Of a stretch of DNA of 61,883 bases, positions 1 to 8,200 are shown one piece after another; the stretch's first letter is position 1; every line of letters starts with the position of its first letter. Below the pieces are notes generated by a model. The model was not told the DNA's origin. It did not search any database and worked only from the letters and a program-made list of their open reading frames with translations. This stretch comes from a virus (lineage: Duplodnaviria > Caudoviricetes): positions 1 to 61,883 of the IMG/VR virus record IMGVR_UViG_3300044726_000045. One strand, 5' to 3'. The translations under genes and the position numbers were made by a program.

Positions 1-25
1 CACTTGAGGACTTCAGTGAACATGA

Positions 26-313
26 CTAAGTGAATTTCAGGATGGATGCGTAATCAATCTTCTCGGCTTCTTGACGTTCTTTCCGCCGCTTAAATCGGCG
101 GGTATCACGCGAGGAGTGCGGCCCCGGTGTCTGGTGTTCCTTGTTGACCGACTCGTTGTAACCGATGCTAAAGGTGCAGACCGCGTAGGGATCGACGTCA
201 CCACCCTTGGCCTTCACATGCTCGATGCAGCGGTGCCACTTCTCCGAGTGAATATGGCCTTCACCCTTGAGCGCAGCACCACGACTGGTCAACAACCCGT
301 TCGTGAGAGGCAT
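26..313 (-). CDS. Hypothetical protein in the head-gene region
   Basis: 95 aa; follows 316..615 by 2 nt; Cys pair (RCIEHV...YAVC). Confidence 0.7.
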   Translation of the reverse strand: MPLTNGLLTSRGAALKGEGHIHSEKWHRCIEHVKAKGGDVDPYAVCTFSIGYNESVNKEHQTPGPHSSRDTRRFKRRKERQEAEKIDYASILKFT

Positions 314-315
314 GA

Positions 316-615
316 TTACCCTCCGAACATAATTCGGGCATGTCGTTGGCGTTGCTCACTACTGAAACGGAATCCCGGTCCAGCCGGGTTCTCGATGTGA
401 AACTTACCCGTCCCTGTGACTGGGGGTTTATTCCAGTTCTTCACGAAATTTTCCAGTCCACCTTTGGAGGGGCGTTTCAAAGGATTGCCGAAGGCATCCT
501 CGGTGGGTGCGCCTGCGGTGCCACCACGTCGTCCACTCCCGCTCTCCGCGAAGCGCCCTTTGGCGTCGTGGTTAGGATTGAACTTCAGGACCAACATGCG
601 GCGGGTCACGATCAT
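316..615 (-). CDS. Small protein carrying the KFNPNH tag
   Basis: VLKFNPNHDAKGRF near the N-terminus. Confidence 0.75.
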   Translation of the reverse strand: MIVTRRMLVLKFNPNHDAKGRFAESGSGRRGGTAGAPTEDAFGNPLKRPSKGGLENFVKNWNKPPVTGTGKFHIENPAGPGFRFSSEQRQRHARIMFGG

Positions 616-617
616 GG

Positions 618-1046
618 CTAGTCTCTTCGTACTTTGAAGACATTACCCGTCACGGCTTCGACGTACATATCGTTCACCGGAATCAATGTCCGGTCACTAC
701 TGTAAATCGTGCCGATGGGATTGGTCTTGAGGTCATCCTTCGGAGGTTTCGTCTTCTTCCCGGTGGGAACCAGTGTCTGCCCATCGGAGTAGTAGATGGT
801 GCCGATGGGATCGCCCATGCTGGTGAGTCTCTGCTTACTCTCACCACCACTCTCTTTGGTCCCGCCACCGCCTTTACCTGACGAGAACTTGCCGTCCTTG
901 CCATGGTTCGGGTTGAACTTCAGGACGCTTTCGAATTTGGGCAGAGCCTTTGGCTCCACGTACTGCTCGGGATGGGTGATCCGAGTCCGTGATACTAACC
1001 CGGTGATGTGCAAGGGCATGTCCGCTCCTGTTGCAACCGATTGCAA
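618..1046 (-). CDS. Small protein carrying the KFNPNH tag (start may be the ATG near 1020)
   Basis: VLKFNPNHGKDGKF; internal duplicated PIGTIY.SD..L.P repeat. Confidence 0.75.
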   Translation of the reverse strand: MQSVATGADMPLHITGLVSRTRITHPEQYVEPKALPKFESVLKFNPNHGKDGKFSSGKGGGGTKESGGESKQRLTSMGDPIGTIYYSDGQTLVPTGKKTKPPKDDLKTNPIGTIYSSDRTLIPVNDMYVEAVTGNVFKVRRD

Positions 1047-1104
1047 AAAAGTCAGACGCTAGTGTACAAGAGATACCTCGGATGCAACAACTATTTTTGC
1101 AGCC

Positions 1105-1153
1105 CTAGTAACTGCTTGGCCCGGTCAGGATGCACACCCTGCCGGGTTACTAG
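1105..1153. other. Intergenic long stem-loop (terminator or structured RNA)
   Basis: CTAGTAAC/GTTACTAG outer stem enclosing CCCGG-CAGG/CCTG-CCGGG inner stem, downstream of the MuF gene. Confidence 0.5.
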
Positions 1154-1230
1154 CTGCTGATAGGCTTTCTCTTTCGGAGCCGTAGGTTTCGCCACCACGG
1201 GCTTCATACTCACCGAAATCGGTTTCAGTT

Positions 1231-3021
1231 TCATGAGAGATACGCCTTGGCTTGCGCCATCATCGCCTCATCAGCGAGATCCAATGCCCATGTGCCCGAT
1301 GTTTCTCCCAAAATCCATTCTCCAATCGTCTTCCCCTCATAAACGAAGGGTAGCTCGACCAGTGCTGTCAACGCCGATGGTGACTTGTCCTGTAGTAACT
1401 GCCGAATCAGTAATTGGTCCGCAGGAGCCAGTGCCGCTACCGCCGCTTTCAACTCGCCTTCTTCAATCTCAGCCTGTGCGAACAGACGAATGGCATCCCA
1501 GTCAATTTCATCGGGTAGGAAACCTAGCTTAGCGAAGTAGGCCGCATTCCCTGCGACCCCTACGGCCAACTCGGTGGCTGACGACTTGACCCCGACGTTA
1601 ATCAGTTCCGTGAACAGATTCTTCAGGAACGCCAATTCCGCCTTGGGTGTCCCGGCTACTAACTCGGCTTGCGTTAGATAGAAGATACCCGTGAACGGAT
1701 CAAGGAGCGCACCCAGCTTGAACTCCACTCCTTTAGGATCTCCACCTCTCGCCTTCAGAGCAATGTTTCCATCCTCTTCAAACCGAATAGGATTCGCCCC
1801 GACACCCTGTCCCTTTGTCATCACCTCTTGCGGTGGCATACCTGTCAACTTCGCCAGCAACTCCGTGGGACTCATCCCGATGTGAGCATTCCACTGGGCC
1901 ACATTCTCTGGGGTGGCCTCGATACCCATCTCAGCCAAGTCAGCCGCTGTGACCGCTTGGAACACCTCAGCCTCGGCAGGCACGGTGGGTGTGACCTCGG
2001 TGGTCTTTCCCTTACTACTCTCGATAGATCGGCAGAGCGTGCGGCAGTGTGGATGGTACGGTGGGATGTGCAGCCCTCTGGCCACCAACTCCTCGTTACT
2101 CATCTCCATGAATCCCGCCATGGCTGCGTTCGTTTGCTTGGGCCACGGCTGCACCACACGAAGATCGTTCGGGTCTTGCACGTTCAGGGCTTCAATGACC
2201 TTCTCTCGTGCGTCAGTTACTTCGAACACCTTGCCACTGATGAAGCGGCAGAACCGGCTCGTGCGACCATCGAGCACCGCCGTCAAGCGATACCGGGCCA
2301 TGCCCACCACTTCGGCCTCTGCCGTGAATCCCCATGTCGCCAAGCGGCTGGAATTCAGGCTGGCAATCATCCGTAGCTGCTCATCCCCCTGCTTGTCGAA
2401 GGATACGAACGGTGTGACATACCGCCCCGACACAGGATCGGCTTTCCGCACTTGTTCGGTAGCGTCCCACTTGTTCGTTATACCGAATGGGATGGTTTCC
2501 TTCACGCCGGATGCGTGGCTGATCGTGATAGACGACACCGTAAAGATGCCACCCACGATCAGGTGGGCATACTTCTGTGCCGCCTCGGGTTTACAATACG
2601 CCAACGTACAGTGCGGCACGTAAACCGGGAAGTTCTTGTCCTTGAACGCCGCATAGTTCCCAATCTGCTGCTCGATGGTGTGGAAATGTGGACTGCCGAT
2701 ACGCGCCACCACCGGAACAGCACCACCGCTGTGCTCTGAGGCTGGAAACAACTGGACCTGTGTGACTTCGGCTTGGAAGGGGCGCTGAGACGCGATGAAC
2801 GCTCTCAGGCGGTCGTGCTCGTCATCCACCAGTCCATATCGCACCGTGACGTGGTTGGGGTCCACGTCCTTACCGGGGTCCATCAAGTCCTGCTCCTTGA
2901 TGGCGGCTCGGGCGATATTCAACTGGATCGACGCAGTACTGGTCGGATCAAGCTCGACCTGTGTACTGCCGTAGGAGTGTTCCTGCTTCTGAACCTCCTC
3001 TGCACTCAGTTGCACATGCAC
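1231..3021 (-). CDS. 2H phosphoesterase (Acb1/gp57B-like) fused to the MuF head-morphogenesis core and a possible C-terminal GNAT-like domain
   Basis: Two HxT motifs (HVTVRYG, HCTLAY); MuF motifs AVLDGRTSRFC and PPYHPHCR; AYFAKLGF near the C-terminus. Confidence 0.8.
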   Translation of the reverse strand: MHVQLSAEEVQKQEHSYGSTQVELDPTSTASIQLNIARAAIKEQDLMDPGKDVDPNHVTVRYGLVDDEHDRLRAFIASQRPFQAEVTQVQLFPASEHSGGAVPVVARIGSPHFHTIEQQIGNYAAFKDKNFPVYVPHCTLAYCKPEAAQKYAHLIVGGIFTVSSITISHASGVKETIPFGITNKWDATEQVRKADPVSGRYVTPFVSFDKQGDEQLRMIASLNSSRLATWGFTAEAEVVGMARYRLTAVLDGRTSRFCRFISGKVFEVTDAREKVIEALNVQDPNDLRVVQPWPKQTNAAMAGFMEMSNEELVARGLHIPPYHPHCRTLCRSIESSKGKTTEVTPTVPAEAEVFQAVTAADLAEMGIEATPENVAQWNAHIGMSPTELLAKLTGMPPQEVMTKGQGVGANPIRFEEDGNIALKARGGDPKGVEFKLGALLDPFTGIFYLTQAELVAGTPKAELAFLKNLFTELINVGVKSSATELAVGVAGNAAYFAKLGFLPDEIDWDAIRLFAQAEIEEGELKAAVAALAPADQLLIRQLLQDKSPSALTALVELPFVYEGKTIGEWILGETSGTWALDLADEAMMAQAKAYLS

Positions 3022-3024
3022 GGG

Positions 3025-3279
3025 TTATCCTTCGATGAGTTTAGCCTGCAACCGTGTCGAACGAGCGTAATTACCCACAATCGTCTCCAAGAACTTCCGA
3101 TCCTCGTTGGGGTGCTTGTCCCGAATCATCTCCAACACATTCATGGTGCCGTCCATGAGAGGAGTCACTTCCTCAACCTGCATCTTTCCCACCCCGTTGG
3201 GCCTGACTCTGGCCATCAACTCCAAATTCTTTGCCCCCGGTCGGAGCACAAACATTTCTACGTGCATCTGGTCCTCCAA
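3025..3279 (-). CDS. Small hypothetical protein downstream of the kinase-like gene
   Basis: 84 aa; GGAGG before the internal Met. Confidence 0.7.
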   Translation of the reverse strand: MEDQMHVEMFVLRPGAKNLELMARVRPNGVGKMQVEEVTPLMDGTMNVLEMIRDKHPNEDRKFLETIVGNYARSTRLQAKLIEG

Positions 3280-3313
3280 ACACCTACATTATACCATATT
3301 TCATTGGTAAAAT

Positions 3314-5023
3314 CTAGTATTTCATCAAATGCACTTTCTTCCACATGTCGTAGAGACCATCCGGGGTCTGAAGCGCCTCTCTGACTCGTTTCACTCGGTT
3401 CAAGAAACCTTGACGTTCCCCATCCGTCATGCTCGGGTGTCGGGCCACCAAGGCTGTCCAGTCGGCGGCATCAATGGACGCGGTAATCTCTTTTCTCAGG
3501 TTCTCCGGGGGCTTGGCATCACCTTCCATCCACTGTCCCACGGAGATCGACCGGAAGTAGAACGACCCCTCGTCATAGGCATCAGGCATGCTGTAGCCGT
3601 TATCGATGGCCACAGGATTACCCTTGTGCCCCATCACGTTGGCGTGATGACGATCCATCGATCCGATAGCGTAGTCCAGCACCGCCATTCTGGTGCCGCC
3701 GTCTTCCTCCATGTTCCCCATGTCTCCATCGGCATCGATCATCAATTGGAAGGAGCCGCCCTTCGGATTGGGTGCTTCAGAATTCTTCGGGCCACCGTCT
3801 CCACTACCTTCACTACGGTAGCCCTGACTCTTCCGCCACGCCGTGAACGACTGGATCTTGCTGTCATACATCCGGGCTTCGGTATCCGCATGACCTTCCA
3901 GCCACGAGTCATACTCATCATCCCGATACGAATCCTCGTCAAACGACCCCAACTCTTCCGCGCCTGCTTGGGCCTTCTTTTCGAGGATTTCTCGGATGCG
4001 ATCTTTCTCGCCGTCAGACAGCGGAGCCGACGTATCGACGTTGGCTTCCTTGAGCACTTCCGCCACATCAATTTCGTCAGGAATTTTGGGCCTGAATGAT
4101 GGCTTCGACCCCATGGGCAAGTTCGGGTATTCGCGGCCTGCCGCTGCGGCCCCTATGCTGGGATCTTCTTCCTTCATCTCATCCCAGACTTCCTGTACTT
4201 CCTCTGTCCGCTTCTCTACCTCTTTGACATGCTCACTCCAGAGGTTGCCCATCTCCTCGCCCACGGCATCCATGGCCTGTTCTTGGGCTTTTTCCTTGTA
4301 TTTGTCGTATTGTTCTCGGGCGTACTCCGAATCGTATCCACCCTCATCCCCTGAACTTTCTGGGATATCTACTTCGTCTGAGGCATCTTCCCGAAGGATC
4401 GTGACAGGGACTGGATTCTTCTCCGGACCAAACAGCAACTCACCAGCTTCATACGCAAAGACCTCACGCTCGGCCAGCGAGAAATTTCTGTTCGTCACAT
4501 AGTCGGTGATGCTATCGTTGGCGAAGCCACCTTCCCACGTCTCGTTGACTTCCGGCTTGAAAATCGCTTCGTCGCCGTTATCGAACCGCACGCGAAGAGA
4601 ACCGTTGACGCCTTCACCAAGAGGGTCAGACCCCGTGATACGTCCGGACTTCAACATGGACTCGACTTTGGCGTGCCCCGATACGGGTGGATTGAGTCGA
4701 GCCACGACCTCGGGATCACCGGTCAGTCGTGGGGCATTTCCAAACCCTGTGCCCGAAGGGGCATTCATGATATCGGCGTAGTCAGCAGACCCAAACCGCT
4801 CCCGCCGACGTTTCATCGGATCGGCGTCCCAACTCGCACCCCGTGACGCTTCTGGGGTACTGCCTAGTCCTGCACTGACACCCTTCACCCACTGCCCACC
4901 GGTTGGTGACCCTTTGGGACCACGGGGCTGATTGCGATTGAATTTCAGCACTTTTTCATACGACACGGGTGGTCGCAGTAGTGCCCGGATTCCTGCAATC
5001 AATTGCCGGGTGATGTGGGGCAT
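3314..5023 (-). CDS. PI3/4-kinase/HipA-like atypical kinase with N-terminal tag and acidic insertion
   Basis: GEGVNGS, AIFKP, EREVFAY, LDYAIGSMDRHHAN, IDNG motifs; tag KFNRNQPR. Confidence 0.75.
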   Translation of the reverse strand: MPHITRQLIAGIRALLRPPVSYEKVLKFNRNQPRGPKGSPTGGQWVKGVSAGLGSTPEASRGASWDADPMKRRRERFGSADYADIMNAPSGTGFGNAPRLTGDPEVVARLNPPVSGHAKVESMLKSGRITGSDPLGEGVNGSLRVRFDNGDEAIFKPEVNETWEGGFANDSITDYVTNRNFSLAEREVFAYEAGELLFGPEKNPVPVTILREDASDEVDIPESSGDEGGYDSEYAREQYDKYKEKAQEQAMDAVGEEMGNLWSEHVKEVEKRTEEVQEVWDEMKEEDPSIGAAAAGREYPNLPMGSKPSFRPKIPDEIDVAEVLKEANVDTSAPLSDGEKDRIREILEKKAQAGAEELGSFDEDSYRDDEYDSWLEGHADTEARMYDSKIQSFTAWRKSQGYRSEGSGDGGPKNSEAPNPKGGSFQLMIDADGDMGNMEEDGGTRMAVLDYAIGSMDRHHANVMGHKGNPVAIDNGYSMPDAYDEGSFYFRSISVGQWMEGDAKPPENLRKEITASIDAADWTALVARHPSMTDGERQGFLNRVKRVREALQTPDGLYDMWKKVHLMKY

Positions 5024-5029
5024 GGTGTC

Positions 5030-5221
5030 CTACGTGTGCTTCTTCACGAACGTGACGGACGTATCTTCGTCTTCTTCTGGCAGAGGATCACTTGGCAGAT
5101 CATTCGTCCACGAATCATCCACGGGTTCGCCCGACGCTCGTTGCTGCGCCAAATGTTTTCGCAATGCCTCCCGCTCTTCAAAATCATCCGATGAATCGAT
5201 CATAGCTATTCTCTCCTTCAC
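5030..5221 (-). CDS. Small acidic hypothetical protein
   Basis: 63 aa between two large effector-like genes; AAGGAG before the internal Met. Confidence 0.55.
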   Translation of the reverse strand: MKERIAMIDSSDDFEEREALRKHLAQQRASGEPVDDSWTNDLPSDPLPEEDEDTSVTFVKKHT

Positions 5222-8200
5222 GTTCCATCACTTCGACTCTCACTTTGTGGACTCTCCGATGGTTCTCTAGCCCAGCACTCCGCAATTTCTGACTGATGGT
5301 CACCGTGTCTTTCTGATGCTTCTCAGCCACGCCACCCCACTGTGGCACGGACACCATCCTCAGCAGGGTCTTGCCATCCCGCTTCATCCATGTCCACCCA
5401 GTGATGCCATTCTTCACCAAGATTCCATGGATGTATTCCCGCGTGGTGGTATCGACCCCGCCTTCAAATGACAATTCTACCGCAGGTTGGCAATCTTGCC
5501 CTCCACACTTCTTCAGGATGAGCACGCTATCCTGATTGAAGGCTTTAGCCGTCCGTGCCACCAACTTCCGGGCCTCACCATTGCCCCGGTAATACACCTG
5601 CCACATCGACTCCGACCCACCATCCCATCCACCGACACCGGGCTTCACAGAGACTCTGGAGACTCCCGGTAGGGCACTCAGGGCCTTCTTGAATTCTCCC
5701 ATGTGCTGGAAGACGACCTTGTTCTCCTTATGCTCGGGGTCATACACAGGTCGCTGACTGGTCATCGCCACCCGTGTGAACTGCCCCTCGTCATCCCGTG
5801 GATGCTGGGATTCGTCCCACTTCATCACCGCATACGACTCGGGCAACAATGCCGTCTTTTGAGTCGCAAACGGGCGTTGCTGGGGCGGAATCTTCTTGTA
5901 ATTCCCTTCGGCATCGTAATTGTGACGCCCAAAGTTCACCCACGAATTCTGCCCTCGTGTTTCCGTGGTCAGCGCACGACGTGCCGATGCCGACAACATC
6001 TGCGAGTGTGACCGCCACGCATTCTCCTCACCACGAGGACCGAATCCATATCCGCCTGCGGCATGCCCAAAGTAGTCATGCACGGCTCGGAACATGTCAT
6101 TGGTGGTCAATCCGGTCTCGGAATCATGTGCCGCCATGAACATGTTCGGTTCGCCACCCGTGTAGAAGAACATATGCTGATTCGTGCGAATGTCCTCCAC
6201 CATCTCGGCAGAATTCTGATACGGCTGTCCCTCCTTGGCCCATGGCGTAAATGTCACCCCACTTTTCACAATATGATCGAACTGCTGCCTCACTTCCTGC
6301 GCCAATGCCTTATACGCCTCTCGGACCTCTGGATTGCCACTATCATCCAGTGGGAGCGCATCATAGGCATCAGCAATGGTTCCCGCTCGTGCCTCATCCA
6401 GCGTCACATAATCATGCTGAACAGGCGGCAACCCGTGCTTCGCGTTATACGCATCAGCTACGGCTTGGACTTCGGGGACGGCTTCTGGTCGTCCTGTGGT
6501 GGCCTTCGCCGGTACTGTGCCTCCTCTTCCGCTTCCTGTTCGGGCGTGAGGTTGCGGGGCTTTCTCTCCACCTTGTCCGACTCCTTCGGTAAATTGTCCT
6601 CCACTCGGACCTCCTTTTGGTTCTCGTGGGTGTTTCGACGCATCCCATTTTAGCACAGCCTCAGACATGGTCAAAAAGGCCACATAAATGACCTGTTCTT
6701 GCTTTTTGACCACCTTCACCGGGTCCACGTCCTCTAGGGACGACTCCCAATCCGCATACTGCTTTCCACCCTGTGGCCCCAGTGCCGCCACCACATCGGC
6801 CAGTTGATACTGACGCACCTCGTGAATCATCTCCGGTGGGACCGTCTCTGTGCTGGACATCTCCGTGCGACGTGCTTGTGCCCACGACCCTGATGGTCCA
6901 AAGGCATGCTTGTTGGCAGGCTGGAAGTAACGACTCGCCTCCGGCTTGAACACAATCACCGTGATGGTATCCACGGAGTCATTCGACGCCATCGCCGCAT
7001 AACTCAACGCGACCTTTTCACTCGTGGATGCAAACCCCTTCCCCACAGGAGAACTCCGATCCATCTCACTGAGAGGCTTGAGTCCTTCCTTCAAAATCTT
7101 CTGGGCCAGTTCATTCGACGTGCCATGATAAGCGAACCGTCCCTTACCATCGCGTGGGTGTTGACTCTCATCGAACTTTTGCACCGTGCTCCAGTCCACG
7201 CTGCTCATCCAGTGCGGCTTGCCCCGGTCCTCGGCCTGAAGGTCAATCACGAGCGTGTCTGCCTTCTGTGCCATCTGGCCTCCGGTCGTCACCGTAATGT
7301 TCTTGAACAGCGGGGCGCGATCTCTCCACGCATCCCACAGCCACCGATCTCTGGTGCCTAGCAACACGGATTCATGCTCGGACTGGTTATTCTCCCCGTA
7401 AACTGGGAGTGATAGAACTGACGTCGGTGGGGCCTCGATGCGGAGCACGACACGCACGGGATCAGGTGGTAGGTCTCCCACACCACCCCAATCATTCGCC
7501 ACATCGGCGGTGCCGGTCGTAGACTGTGCGCCTGCTCGTTTCAATTGCAATGCCGGGAGTTTGATGAACGCTAAGGCCCTACCCTGAGTAGACTCATGGT
7601 ATGCCGCCACACGCCGCTGCACTGCCGCCTCGGTCGTCTCAATCTCTGCCACGTCCGTCTCACCCGGATCGATATCCTCTTTGGGGCGAACCATCACCAC
7701 TTCTTTCTCGACCACAAAATGCTCACCCATGTAATCGAACGTGACGTACTCTTCTTTCTCTCGCCCCGGTTCCTTCCTGTGAAGTGCCTTCACATTCGCG
7801 GGTGGTGCGACAGGCTTCGCGTTGGGCGTGAACATCTCACGGGGTGTGGTTCTCACCACGTCCCCCGGAAGCATCAACCCGCGATACACGTCAATCTTGT
7901 CTTCCCCGGCCTTCTTCATCACCATCTGGGTGACTTCCCACTGTGCGCGGACATAGGCTTGGAGTGTTTCAATCCCGCCGACCGACTTCGCATCGAGTTC
8001 AGCGTACTCCACCTCTCCCGGCGTCATACGATGGTGCCCACCCAACTCTCTCGCCGCCGCCAACTGCAACGACAACCCCAGTCCTTCACCAGACTTGACC
8101 TTCCACGACTCCCACACCTCACTGATAATCTTCTTGCTGCTCAGGTCATCTGAGAGCGTCATCTGGTTCGTGGCCCAGTCCTTCGCGTTCTGAGTGACTT

